A stretch of 64,000 nucleotides of DNA. Source: a virus (taxonomy: Duplodnaviria; Caudoviricetes). A program made the translations under genes and the position numbers. This document shows, piece by piece, positions 9,011 to 19,069 of the stretch (within the stretch, counting starts at the first letter, position 1; each line of letters starts with the position of its first letter). Location of the stretch: positions 1,613-65,612 of IMG/VR virus record IMGVR_UViG_3300010885_051426. One strand, 5' to 3'. Below the pieces are notes generated by a model. That model was not told the origin of the DNA. It did no database searches and worked only from the letters and a program-made list of their open reading frames with translations.

Positions 9011-9418
9011 TTATACTCCAACGTTGGTGTTTGGACCAGCATACCCAGCTACTTTTCTAAGGTCCAGCATTAACATGCCGGATGCTCTGAACAATACAAA
9101 AATGCTGCTGGTGTTGTTGATATCCAAATTAGGCAATTGCTGACTGCCTGGATATTCCGTAAAGCCATGCAGATCTAATACAACTGTTCCTGAACTACCA
9201 CCACGGCGCACTGTGATGCTGCTATCAGTTACTGTAGGACCATTAGCATATGCACTAGAAACACTTATTGCTAATTCGCTGGTTGTTGAAGTAGCAATCT
9301 CATCTGCTCTGCGCAGACTTAACAGTGTAACTGTAGCACTATCACCAGGTGCACTGGCATAAAAATGCAATACTGCTCTTTGGCGATCGTTTTTAACTAC
9401 GGTATATTGTACGGCCAT
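9011..9418 (-). CDS. hypothetical head-cluster protein
   Basis: 135-aa ORF coupled to its neighbours; C-terminal LDLRKVAGY resembles small head-region proteins of T4-like phages. Confidence 0.55.
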   Translation of the reverse strand: MAVQYTVVKNDRQRAVLHFYASAPGDSATVTLLSLRRADEIATSTTSELAISVSSAYANGPTVTDSSITVRRGGSSGTVVLDLHGFTEYPGSQQLPNLDINNTSSIFVLFRASGMLMLDLRKVAGYAGPNTNVGV

Positions 9419-9846
9419 TATTTGTCTCCGGCTAGTTTATCTATGGCTTTTTGTATGTTGTCTTCGCGATTCCAAGCCTTTTCTTTATACTTTTTGGCAA
9501 TTTTAGCATATGCATCTTTTTTACCAGGTTTTCTAACTGCTTTGCTTCGTTGTTCAAAATCCGAGGCAATCTGACCATGTATGCGAGCTGACTTAGGCGC
9601 CTTGGCCAAATAGCTGCGTGTAGTTTGTGGACTCAGTTCGTTTAACTGTTCCTCTGTCATGTCCAGTATGTGATCAAAATTTTCGTTGGCTTTGATCTTT
9701 TTGGCAATTTCATGTGCCTTGGTGATGACACTTTTTGGTACATCAGCAGGTTCTGCAGTAATACCAGCTTTTTTCTTGGCTACTGCCATGCCTATGGCAT
9801 AGGGATTGTAGCGTGTAGCTTCTCTAATCTGCCTGAATTTGGCCAT
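9418..9846 (-). CDS. putative prohead core / internal head protein
   Basis: Basic 142 aa; N-terminus MAKFRQIRE and internal EEQLNELSPQTTRSYLAKA; between portal and protease. Confidence 0.55.
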   Translation of the reverse strand: MAKFRQIREATRYNPYAIGMAVAKKKAGITAEPADVPKSVITKAHEIAKKIKANENFDHILDMTEEQLNELSPQTTRSYLAKAPKSARIHGQIASDFEQRSKAVRKPGKKDAYAKIAKKYKEKAWNREDNIQKAIDKLAGDK

Positions 9847-9988
9847 GGTTAGCTCCGAGATTTTGTGCGACTTCTACCTTGCGTGCATCCAATGCCGCAG
9901 TAACTTTTGCACCCATGATGTCTGCAAAGTTTTGCATTGCATCGGCATTGTTGTCCTGTAAAATATTGTCAACTAATTCTGTTGTCAT
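9824..9988 (-). CDS. small prohead core protein (gp67-like), 54 aa
   Basis: Not in ORF track: MTTELVDNILQDNNADAMQNFADIMGAKVTAALDARKVEVAQNL...; directly after the portal gene. Confidence 0.7.
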   Translation of the reverse strand: MTTELVDNILQDNNADAMQNFADIMGAKVTAALDARKVEVAQNLGANHGQIQAD

Positions 9989-9990
9989 GT

Positions 9991-11691
9991 TCATAATTTA
10001 ACTCCGTGTTGTTTACTAAATATTCTTAAACGATCTATGTTTTCAACCTGAGGGTTACTGGGATTATAGGCTGCTGATTCAGCTGGCTGAGTTGCTGCAT
10101 CTCCGGTAACATTCCTACTAAAAGCCGCTGCCTGTTGAGATCCAGGACCAGCATTTTTTTGCATTTCCATTTGTTGCAATTGCCATGGTTGTTGTTGTTG
10201 CAATATTGTTTGCAGTTCTGTATCGTTCTGTATTTCTTTTTGCATTTTTTCACGATCTTCTTGAGTCAGCTGTAATATTTCTTCAAATACAAACTCGCGA
10301 CTAAAGTAAGTTCCCACATAGGGATTAACGGCATTTAATAAATCTATGCGGTTACGTTGTATTTCGGCCTGTTTGGCTTCGGATATGTAGGCATCTTGTG
10401 TATAGTTATAATAAATATCTTCTTTGATTTTATCCCAGTCTTCTGCACGCATTATGCCCTTGAGAATTAACTGAGTTCGTAATAAATCATCGAACAGTTC
10501 ACCAAACTTTTTACGTAAACGATTAACAAATTTACTAAATTTTAATTCGTCTCGGGTAATTTCTGCCTGACGACCAAAATTCATGCCTGTATCTGAGCGC
10601 ATGCGACTGAGAGGTACATTTAGACTCTGATACAGTTTGTTCTGGAAGTAGTTGATGTCCTGTATTTCCCCCAGATTGGCACCTCCATCCAGCGTGGTGA
10701 TTTCCGTTCCTTTACCGCCTTCACGGCGTGGCATCCAGAAGTCTTCCAACATGCTCATGGTTTTCTTTTCGTCACGAACTTCGCCAGTTGTAGCATCATA
10801 GGTTACCTTGTTACGATACTGATTCATGATGCCTTTTACATATTGTTCGGCCTTGGCCTTGGGTAAGTTACCCACATCAATGTAAAACACTCGACGCTCT
10901 GGTGCGCGAGTCATGCGATAAATTACCAGGCTGTCTTCAACCATTCTAAGCTGATTAACAACCTTGATGGCCTTGTGCAAATGACCCATGACAATGTTTT
11001 TGTCCAGATCCATGAGCCCAGATGTGCAATAGGCTATGGCATCAGGCGCAATCTTAACGCCTTGCATGGCATTGGGTGCTGTTGGGCCAACTGCCACCAG
11101 GCCTTTTTCATTGTAAATAAAAAATTCTTCCATGTTGGTGATGAACTCAACACCAGTAGTAGGATCTTTTTTACGTTCTAGTTTACGAACCTTTTTAATC
11201 TTGCGAGGATCTATGTAGCGTAATTCTAAGATGCCCTGTTTGGGTTTGCTAGTATCAACAATTTTGTGATACACAGTACGTCCATCAACATACCAGCGTT
11301 TAAAAATGTCATGACTCTTACTGTTAAAGTCCAACAGGTTGAGTATGTTGTTGAATTCTTCTTCAACAGATTTTTTAATGTTGGCGCTGAGCTCAACCTT
11401 TTCCAGGTCAATCTGTACTATGGCTTCGTCATCTTCGGCTGCTACAGCATCGTTGACAATGTCTTCGATGGCGCTGTCGCAGTCTGGATACAGGGCTATG
11501 TCACGATATCGATTGATTAGATCAACTTCGTTTTTAGCGCTTGCATCTATGTCATAGTAAGTGCCGAAGAAGCCAGCGGCATTGACTGCCATGGCTCCGT
11601 CGTCGTTCTGAGGCTGGACAAAACTCTGAGCATTTTCAGGCTCAGGTCGGTCTCGAGTCAATTTATATCCAAATAACGAAATGTCTGCCAT
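9991..11691 (-). CDS. gp20: portal protein gp20
   Basis: WYVDGR, LRYIDPRKIKKVR, IYRMTRAPERRVFYIDVGNLP, EDFWMPRREGGKGTEITTL. Confidence 0.97.
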   Translation of the reverse strand: MADISLFGYKLTRDRPEPENAQSFVQPQNDDGAMAVNAAGFFGTYYDIDASAKNEVDLINRYRDIALYPDCDSAIEDIVNDAVAAEDDEAIVQIDLEKVELSANIKKSVEEEFNNILNLLDFNSKSHDIFKRWYVDGRTVYHKIVDTSKPKQGILELRYIDPRKIKKVRKLERKKDPTTGVEFITNMEEFFIYNEKGLVAVGPTAPNAMQGVKIAPDAIAYCTSGLMDLDKNIVMGHLHKAIKVVNQLRMVEDSLVIYRMTRAPERRVFYIDVGNLPKAKAEQYVKGIMNQYRNKVTYDATTGEVRDEKKTMSMLEDFWMPRREGGKGTEITTLDGGANLGEIQDINYFQNKLYQSLNVPLSRMRSDTGMNFGRQAEITRDELKFSKFVNRLRKKFGELFDDLLRTQLILKGIMRAEDWDKIKEDIYYNYTQDAYISEAKQAEIQRNRIDLLNAVNPYVGTYFSREFVFEEILQLTQEDREKMQKEIQNDTELQTILQQQQPWQLQQMEMQKNAGPGSQQAAAFSRNVTGDAATQPAESAAYNPSNPQVENIDRLRIFSKQHGVKL

Positions 11692-11719
11692 TATATTTTC
11701 CTAGTAAGGAGTTAAGGTA

Positions 11720-12328
11720 TTAAAGACCTAATATACCAGTTCCAGATCCAATGGTGTTATTAACAACATTAGCAGCACTAAGAAGTGTATCAAAAGTAGT
11801 TTCATAGTGTTGATATTGGAACTCTACAGTATATGTTTCAATTGTATCATTGTCACCGTAGTTTAAAACTATATCACTGAGGTTTGTTGGAAATGCACTA
11901 AACAGTGTATAAACCTTCAGTGGGTTATTGTTGCGATCTAGCTGAGTAACTGAAATGTTAGCCTGATAGTCTGTTGGGTTAGTACGACCATTGTTATTTT
12001 TAAGGTCGTTCATGCCAGCCATCCATTTTTCTAACTGGTTACGTATGTTAAAACTAACGTCGTTGAGAACCTGCATGCTCCAAGGAGCAAATATACGTTC
12101 ACCTGCAAGTTTAACTTCGCGACCACGATATGGAACAATGGTTGGATTAACTACACTACCTGGTAAAGCAGCAGCATTAACTAAAAATGCTGCCTGAGCA
12201 CTGGCTACACTGCCCAGAGTTACGTACGTTGGGAAACTCAGCGCCACAAAGAATTGGTTAGCACGAGCGCCACCACCAACTAATGCGGCTTTAAACTGAT
12301 CAACGTTAAATATTGATCTTTCTGCCAT
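11720..12328 (-). CDS. gp19: tail tube protein gp19
   Basis: GGARANQF, YRGREVKLAGERIFAPW, QLDRN, AFPTNLSDIVL. Confidence 0.93.
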   Translation of the reverse strand: MAERSIFNVDQFKAALVGGGARANQFFVALSFPTYVTLGSVASAQAAFLVNAAALPGSVVNPTIVPYRGREVKLAGERIFAPWSMQVLNDVSFNIRNQLEKWMAGMNDLKNNNGRTNPTDYQANISVTQLDRNNNPLKVYTLFSAFPTNLSDIVLNYGDNDTIETYTVEFQYQHYETTFDTLLSAANVVNNTIGSGTGILGL

Positions 12329-12347
12329 TTTCTTTCTCCTTTATTCC

Positions 12348-14273
12348 TTAAGCGCCAATTTCTTCAAAAGCAATACCTGTGCGGGTAGCCACGAAGTTCA
12401 GGGTAATGTAATTGATGCTCTTAGCTGGTTTGATGTAAATGTCAGCAATAAATTCATTGCGATCAATTACCTCACCTGTGTTGTTGGTGTCATCGCACAC
12501 TACTCTAAAATCAATGATACCACGGCGGCCTTGTACATCTCGTAGGAATGGTTCTACCAGACTTGTAAATTGACTACGTGTAAATGCATCATTAAACTCA
12601 AATAATTGAAATTTAGCTGCAGTAGCAATGGCTTTTTCTAGGACAATGAATAAACGACGTACGTTGATTCTGTCAAAAGCACTGGGTTTCTGTGTCAGAG
12701 TCTTGTCACCAAATAATACTGTACCTAATCCAGGCTGTGTTACTACTGGATTAACCTGATATCTATATAGGATATCTCGTTCAGTTTTTGTGGGTGTCCA
12801 GTTTAATTTAACCAGATTTTTAATCTGACCGCGGTTGTAACCACCTGGGCTATACCATGGATCAGCTACAAAGTCTGTGCGAACACATAAGCCAGCTATG
12901 TCGCCTGCTAGTGGAACCCAACGATAAACATCGTTGTAACGGTCGTATTGATATTTCCAACCTGAGTCCATGACAGCATATGAACTGTCCTTGTTGAAGT
13001 TTGCATTTCTGTCAGCTGTAACACTTTCTGCGGTTGTTAATACGCTGCTGGTTGGGCTGGCAAATACCACACAGTCTCTGCGAACATCTGCAACATTGTC
13101 TACAACACTGCGAGCTGTTTGATTGTCAAAGTTTACACCAACTACTGGAATTAAACTAACGTCAAATAACTCAGCATTGGCTAATTTAGCATACTGTGTT
13201 TGCAATAATGCATCAGTCGGTGTAACATCTACACCACCAGCAAGACTCTTGGCCACGACTTGATTCATGACATTAAAACCAGTTGCACCAGTTGCTGGGC
13301 TTACTGCACCCCAGGCCAGACTGTTACCAGCTGAGCTGGTTGTGCTGGCAGTATGACTACCCCAGTAAACCCACTGACTGTTTTGATTTAAATAAGTTTT
13401 GTAATAGTTACTTAGACCGTCTGAACTAACTGCATCTGCAGCCTTGCTCAGTCCTTGAAATTTTTCTAACACTGTACCAGCTGTACCACTTATGGCACCG
13501 TCTTCGTCTACAACAAATACATGCAGTTCGTCATAGATGGTTGCACTAGAACTAGCATTGGCTTTGCTTAAAACATAGCGACTGTTGCTAGGACGACTTT
13601 CTACCTGATTCCAGAATTCCCACAACAGTGTTGCTGTGCTGGTTGTACCAGTTGACAAACCACTGGAATTTGTAAATGTCAGTGTAGTTGCGCTCTGTGC
13701 AGCTGCAGCTGTAGTTTGAAATCTTTGTACTGAACTATCAAGGGTAACTTCAACCCAGCTACCTGCTGGAACTGGTCTGGTTAAGCTAACAACTGCTGCA
13801 CCAGTGGTATACACTGCTGTAACTGTTGCTGCAAAAGCATAACTGCTGTAGTCACATACACTGACTTTTAGGTTATTACCTAATGTGCCTGGATATTTTG
13901 CTACATATTCTGTTGATGTTAAAGTTGGTGCTGTATAACCTAAACTGCCATTATAGTTGTCTTCATTTTTAATCAGCGGTGCTGTACCACCAGCGCTGGC
14001 ATTGCGGCTTGCGCTGTCAGCAACACGATTGATCTGGAGATTATTACCATAGCTAAGGAAGTTAGCTGCGGTCAACCAGTATTTAAAATTATTATCATCG
14101 GGTTTACCGAAAATATTATACAGTGTTTTTTCACTATCGATTGTAACGAATTGTTCGGCTGGACCCCAATTAAAGTTACCTACAAAAGCACCAGCTGTTG
14201 TAGAAACCTGAGGTACAAACAAGCTAACGTCACGCTCCTGGACTAATACATTGGGCGAAACTTGGAAAGCCAT
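12348..14273 (-). CDS. gp18: tail sheath protein gp18
   Basis: MAFQVSPNV, FNWGP, DSGWKYQYDRYND, SAFDRINVRRLF, YIKPAKSINYITLNFVA. Confidence 0.97.
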   Translation of the reverse strand: MAFQVSPNVLVQERDVSLFVPQVSTTAGAFVGNFNWGPAEQFVTIDSEKTLYNIFGKPDDNNFKYWLTAANFLSYGNNLQINRVADSASRNASAGGTAPLIKNEDNYNGSLGYTAPTLTSTEYVAKYPGTLGNNLKVSVCDYSSYAFAATVTAVYTTGAAVVSLTRPVPAGSWVEVTLDSSVQRFQTTAAAAQSATTLTFTNSSGLSTGTTSTATLLWEFWNQVESRPSNSRYVLSKANASSSATIYDELHVFVVDEDGAISGTAGTVLEKFQGLSKAADAVSSDGLSNYYKTYLNQNSQWVYWGSHTASTTSSAGNSLAWGAVSPATGATGFNVMNQVVAKSLAGGVDVTPTDALLQTQYAKLANAELFDVSLIPVVGVNFDNQTARSVVDNVADVRRDCVVFASPTSSVLTTAESVTADRNANFNKDSSYAVMDSGWKYQYDRYNDVYRWVPLAGDIAGLCVRTDFVADPWYSPGGYNRGQIKNLVKLNWTPTKTERDILYRYQVNPVVTQPGLGTVLFGDKTLTQKPSAFDRINVRRLFIVLEKAIATAAKFQLFEFNDAFTRSQFTSLVEPFLRDVQGRRGIIDFRVVCDDTNNTGEVIDRNEFIADIYIKPAKSINYITLNFVATRTGIAFEEIGA

Positions 14274-14331
14274 TTTTTTATCTCCTTATTTTAGATCATT
14301 CACGATGCAGATACGAATCTTAATTATACGC

Positions 14332-14339
14332 TATTTATA
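14332..14339 (-). promoter_or_regulatory. late promoter (gp18)
   Basis: TATAAATA upstream of gp18. Confidence 0.75.
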
Positions 14340-14343
14340 TAAT

Positions 14344-16035
14344 CTAAGAATTTAACCAATTTGAGCCGTCTTTTTGCACAGTCCAAAGATCTCCGTCGTG
14401 TACATATTGTTCGGGTTCGATGTTTTCTCTACCATCTTCTATGAATCCAAACGGTGTTAATTCTTCTTCGATGCGATTAATCTGAGTTTCAAATATGGTT
14501 TCTCTCAGATTCACATCAGTTAATTCTTTAAAGTACGGATTGGTTGTTAGCCAACCAAACAGCACCAGAGGCATGACCAAATCATCATGATAGCCCTCGT
14601 CGGCAGCATAACTGCCCTTGCTTTCTATAAAAGTACTAAATTCACTAATGATGTCGCGATCAAATATCAGCATACGCTGAGTTTCTATCAGTGTTTTAAG
14701 CTGACTACAGCCCACACGTTTAATTCGTTTATCGGTGCGAACACCGTTGGCACTGCTGCCACCACCAAAACCACCACTTACTACCTGACCATTTTTACCA
14801 CGATTTACATATAAAATTTGTTCGTATTCCAGCTCATGATGCAGTATGTCGGCTATTTGCTGACCATTGTCATTGATTTCCACCAGTGTCCAGGCATTGT
14901 TGTACATCTTGGCAACATTGTAGATCATGGTGGGATACAGCAGGGGTGCCATTTTGTTGTCTCTGAACTTGGCCACCACCTGATAGGGATTGGCCGTGAT
15001 GTCTATGACTACAAAAGCACTATAATCGCCTTCAACTCCACGACTGGTGTCTACAACTATGCTGTAGACATGGCCAGGCTGAGTAATCTTACCAGCATCA
15101 TCCTTGATGGCTCGTATGGGTTCTTCCAGCACGTCCAGACCGTCTTTGCTCCAGACAAACGATCGCGGACTCATTTTGCTCAGTGTGTCGGCATCCAATA
15201 GGGTATAGCTGGAACCCAGGAAGCTGCATAAAACTTCTTGACTAAACTTTACGTCACCCAGCACACCTTTTTGTTCAGCTGCCCAGCGTGCATCTCGACC
15301 TGGTATTTCAGTATAGGGTATGAACAGATTTACAAAGTCATTGATGCCCTGTTCGCTGTCATTCCAAAACTTCCAAAAATGGTTATACCCCAGAGGTGTT
15401 GAACTCAAAAGTACCTTGGTAGTTTCACCAGCCATGATGGTTGGATATGTACTAGTAAAGAACTCTTCGGCTACATTGTTGGGTATGATGGCTGCTTCGT
15501 CAATGTACAACCAGTTAACTGACTTACCACGAATACCTGACGCTGCTGTGGCTGCGGTAAATACCTTGCTGCCATTTTCCAGCTCTATGCTGCCCTTGTT
15601 CCATTCTCTGACGCCCTGCTGAATCCATACAGGTAAATTTTCATACATGCCCTGATATCGACTCATGACCTCTCGAGCCGCTGCGGCCTTGTTGGCCAGT
15701 ATGGCCACGGTCTTGTTGTCAGAAAATAATGTATACCAAAGTATGCACGCCGCACTGGTAATGGTCTTACCCTGTTGTCGACCTTCCATGAGTATGACCT
15801 TGCGGTTATCCAGTATGGTTCTTACCTTGCGTTTCTGGCATTCATATAATTTAAATGGAACCAGTCCATGATCCAGGCTAACAATCTTGCAATAATTTTC
15901 TATGAAGTAAATGGCATCAGTTGCACATCGTTGCAATTCTAAAATCTGCTCAGGTGTATAGTCAATCCTATAACCAATCTGTTTTAGCTGACTATTGCCT
16001 AGGTAACTACTCTTGAGTCTTTGTAGGATCTGCAT
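14344..16035 (-). CDS. gp17: terminase large subunit gp17
   Basis: RQQGKT (Walker A), YIDEAA (Walker B), SSTPLG, VDTSRG, HDDLVM. Confidence 0.97.
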   Translation of the reverse strand: MQILQRLKSSYLGNSQLKQIGYRIDYTPEQILELQRCATDAIYFIENYCKIVSLDHGLVPFKLYECQKRKVRTILDNRKVILMEGRQQGKTITSAACILWYTLFSDNKTVAILANKAAAAREVMSRYQGMYENLPVWIQQGVREWNKGSIELENGSKVFTAATAASGIRGKSVNWLYIDEAAIIPNNVAEEFFTSTYPTIMAGETTKVLLSSTPLGYNHFWKFWNDSEQGINDFVNLFIPYTEIPGRDARWAAEQKGVLGDVKFSQEVLCSFLGSSYTLLDADTLSKMSPRSFVWSKDGLDVLEEPIRAIKDDAGKITQPGHVYSIVVDTSRGVEGDYSAFVVIDITANPYQVVAKFRDNKMAPLLYPTMIYNVAKMYNNAWTLVEINDNGQQIADILHHELEYEQILYVNRGKNGQVVSGGFGGGSSANGVRTDKRIKRVGCSQLKTLIETQRMLIFDRDIISEFSTFIESKGSYAADEGYHDDLVMPLVLFGWLTTNPYFKELTDVNLRETIFETQINRIEEELTPFGFIEDGRENIEPEQYVHDGDLWTVQKDGSNWLNS

Positions 16036-16474
16036 CAATTACCTTCTCATTTTGATTCTTCAGCATTTTTAATAGGTCATTGGTGCTGCCCGAAAACACT
16101 ATGTTGTTCTGTGTGCCTATTTGTTTGGGTGCTTCACCGGCTTCGGGACGGCTTAGTTCTTTTTTCTGTTTTTGCAGTGCCAAAAGATCCTTGGCTGTTT
16201 CAGCAACTGTTTTAATTAACTGACCAGTTACTTCAAAAGCTCTGGGATGATCGCTCTGACGAGCTATGCCCATGATGTCGTCCACGGCCGTCTGTCCCTT
16301 TTTAATCATGTCTTTGAGAGCCAGACGTGCCTGATCAAAATCGTCGTCTACGGTTTTTTCTTCAGATGCAGGAATAACCCGAACAGGCGCCTGTTGGATC
16401 TGGGCTTCAACCACGGGCGTAGCCACTGTATTGAATTTTTGATCCAGAGCACCATAGACATTTTTATCGAGCAA
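16007..16474 (-). CDS. gp16: terminase small subunit gp16 (TTG start)
   Basis: DDFDQAR, SDHPRAFEV.GQLIK, NNIVFSGST.DLLKML; AGGA 7 nt before TTG. Confidence 0.88.
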   Translation of the reverse strand: MLDKNVYGALDQKFNTVATPVVEAQIQQAPVRVIPASEEKTVDDDFDQARLALKDMIKKGQTAVDDIMGIARQSDHPRAFEVTGQLIKTVAETAKDLLALQKQKKELSRPEAGEAPKQIGTQNNIVFSGSTNDLLKMLKNQNEKVIDADPTKTQE

Positions 16475-18293
16475 GGCGGAATCCTGTGGTTGTAATCTGC
16501 ATTAATGTACTGGTTATTGGGGTCTTGGTTCCTTCGTTGTTGGCATTTTGCATGATCCAACGAAGTTTTAGACCAGTGCTGGTCGTTATGGCTAATAAAC
16601 CGGCACCACCATAGGTTCCATCAGGTATGTAACAACCATCGGGAATCATGGGCACCTGTATGTTGTGCAGACAGGTAACACCAGTTGTGGTACTGCGGAA
16701 TGTTTCAAACGGTGGAAATAATGCACTAATTGAACTGTTAACTGTCCAGCTATCACCATACATGAATACCTCGGGCAATGTACTGTTTGCAGCTGTTAAA
16801 TGTCGCACTGTTAAATGTGCTGTTATGCCAGGTATGGGTGGTACTGTAGTCAACACTGCACTGTTGTAGTCCTGCAATGTAAATGCTGCACTGCTGCCAA
16901 CAATTTTAAGACTGCTGGCTGTATTTACTGTAAGTGTATAACTGGTATCGCCAGCTGCATTAGGTTGCAGTCCCCAGTAATATTCAAACCCACCATGGTC
17001 AATACGTTTGACATTGAATGGAATTATACCTGTACCAGTTGCATTAGATTTAACTGGACCCAGTCTGCGTACTGTTTGCCAGACACCACCATAGCCAGCT
17101 GCTGCGAGCTGGGCATCAACAGACGCAATGTCTCGGTTACTGGAAACTATGACGTTGCTGGAACCTGGATAAAATTCATTTCCAACTCCAGTACCAAAAC
17201 TACTGGTATAGACCAAACAGCCCAGATAGTACAGATAATACCAGGTATTGGCATTAATTGAAGCGTCTATGACGGCTGGTGTGGTTCCTGCTGGATTATA
17301 TTGTGGAGTCCATCCTGCTGTAAATGTACGAATAATAGGGTTATAACTGGCTACAACAGCTATGGCAGTTGTTGGTATGATACCTGCTACACCAGATGTA
17401 TTATAACTCCAGTGACAGGCAGCACCAGTCACCAGGGTGATTTTATTGTCTATGGTGTTGTAGTTATAGATCAGGCCTTCAACATGTTTAGGATGATAAA
17501 CTCCGTCAATGACTATGGTTGAGCTGCTGGCTAAACTGCCTGGACCCCAGGTGCCTATAATGCCTCGTTGTCCACGAATGACTGTTGAACTCAGAGGATA
17601 TTGCGCCAGATTAATTTTAACAAAGCCCGTATGTGCTATGGCTGTGCTGCTGTCAGACCCAGTTCTAACAGCACTGTTAAGACTGTTTAGGTCTAAACTT
17701 GGTGTTTGGTATAGTGTTATACCAGTACTGGTGCCAGGACTGGCAATAAGAGGTGTATAAACTGCTGTGTCTTCGGCACTGGCCTTGTAGACTTCCAGTC
17801 CATTAAAACCACGTACAACTACAGATGTTGTATATATGCTGAGACTGGTAACATTGGCATTGCCCAGACTAAATTCAAAACTACCGCGTGTAGTTGCAGT
17901 GCTGGTGTTGCGCATGGCTCGTAGCAGGAACATGTTACGACCGTCAAGTTTACTGACCAGGGTGTTGGCAATGCTGGTTAGGCTGGTATCGGCGCCACCG
18001 CTGATGCCTGAGTTATTTGTAATGAACAGGCTGTTTTCACTAACCGCACCAGGGGTTCTGATGCTGTCGGGTCTGACGCCAACATATTGTTGTTCGAATG
18101 AACTCCAGCCCAGCACAGTGCTGGTAACTGCGCCTACGCCACCGGCTACGTCAATTTTTAAAGCAGCACTGCTGGATCCAGCTAGACCAACATAGAGCTC
18201 TGTAAAATTATCATTGATCTTGGATCCACCAGCATACAACGAATCACCATCGTTATTATTTGGAGTTCCTAGGTTGATTGGTTGATATGTCAT
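16464..18293 (-). CDS. fibre/spike-like virion protein with gp9/gp10-type N-terminal anchor
   Basis: N-terminus QPINLGTPNNNDGDSLYAGGSKINDNFTELY; C-half NTWYYLYYLG...RRLG fibre-type domain. Confidence 0.65.
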   Translation of the reverse strand: MTYQPINLGTPNNNDGDSLYAGGSKINDNFTELYVGLAGSSSAALKIDVAGGVGAVTSTVLGWSSFEQQYVGVRPDSIRTPGAVSENSLFITNNSGISGGADTSLTSIANTLVSKLDGRNMFLLRAMRNTSTATTRGSFEFSLGNANVTSLSIYTTSVVVRGFNGLEVYKASAEDTAVYTPLIASPGTSTGITLYQTPSLDLNSLNSAVRTGSDSSTAIAHTGFVKINLAQYPLSSTVIRGQRGIIGTWGPGSLASSSTIVIDGVYHPKHVEGLIYNYNTIDNKITLVTGAACHWSYNTSGVAGIIPTTAIAVVASYNPIIRTFTAGWTPQYNPAGTTPAVIDASINANTWYYLYYLGCLVYTSSFGTGVGNEFYPGSSNVIVSSNRDIASVDAQLAAAGYGGVWQTVRRLGPVKSNATGTGIIPFNVKRIDHGGFEYYWGLQPNAAGDTSYTLTVNTASSLKIVGSSAAFTLQDYNSAVLTTVPPIPGITAHLTVRHLTAANSTLPEVFMYGDSWTVNSSISALFPPFETFRSTTTGVTCLHNIQVPMIPDGCYIPDGTYGGAGLLAITTSTGLKLRWIMQNANNEGTKTPITSTLMQITTTGFRLAR

Positions 18294-18304
18294 GGTATTT
18301 TTTC

Positions 18305-19069
18305 CTAACTAAAAATTGGGCCTTCGTCAAAAGTTTCTAAAAACTTATAAGTATCTGACGATGTGGCATCGTTTGGATCTGTGGTTACTGTATATTTATT
18401 TATGCGGGCTTCGAAGTTTTCGTCATTAAATGTATTAACAATGGCAGTACGAATAATTTCCTGAGTCTGTACTGGACCATAATAATAGAGTTTCATGGTA
18501 AATGTATAGGTCCAGATGATCATTCTGTGATCGGCCAGATTGCCTTCGTACTGATCGTCATAGGTTACTGAATTTAAAATTATGGGTAAATCGTGTTTGA
18601 TGCCCAGCTCAGGTATGTAATTTACAGTAACGTTGAAATCTGGATTAAATGATGGTGCTATTTGTTCAAAAATCTGCAGTCCATCATCCTGATTTTTAGC
18701 ATAGGCATAGAGATTTACGGTCAGATTATACGGGACAGGTCCATATACTCGTTTACTCTGAGTTTGATTTATGACCGAAGTAACCTGATTGTTCAGGTTA
18801 ATTTTACGAGCGCCATCGTATTCAAAGGCTATGACTTCAAAACTCAGGCGAGGCAGCACGGTTTCGACCTGAGGATTTTCTGGTGTTGGTAGTCTGTTGA
18901 TTCTGCTCAGCATTTTGTTCTTGGCCGCATAGGCCAGCGGAACTCGTATGGTCTGTTCAATACCACCGCCGGCATTGCGACGACGTATGTTGATGTTGTT
19001 GAACATTACACCAAAGGCAACTATGGCTTTGCGAGTTATGCTATGATACCAGACCGTGTTCTCAAACAT
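18305..19069 (-). CDS. gp15: tail sheath stabiliser/terminator gp15
   Basis: RKAIVAFGVMFNNI, VPLAYA, LPRLSFE, PVPYNL, QIFEQIAPSFNP. Confidence 0.93.
   Translation of the reverse strand: MFENTVWYHSITRKAIVAFGVMFNNINIRRRNAGGGIEQTIRVPLAYAAKNKMLSRINRLPTPENPQVETVLPRLSFEVIAFEYDGARKINLNNQVTSVINQTQSKRVYGPVPYNLTVNLYAYAKNQDDGLQIFEQIAPSFNPDFNVTVNYIPELGIKHDLPIILNSVTYDDQYEGNLADHRMIIWTYTFTMKLYYYGPVQTQEIIRTAIVNTFNDENFEARINKYTVTTDPNDATSSDTYKFLETFDEGPIFS

Noticed and set aside
3056-16035. Inteins, introns or homing endonucleases in uvsW, gp23, gp20 or gp17
   Set aside because: The ORFs are continuous and of normal length, with no intein termini or HNH/GIY-YIG/LAGLIDADG motifs seen.
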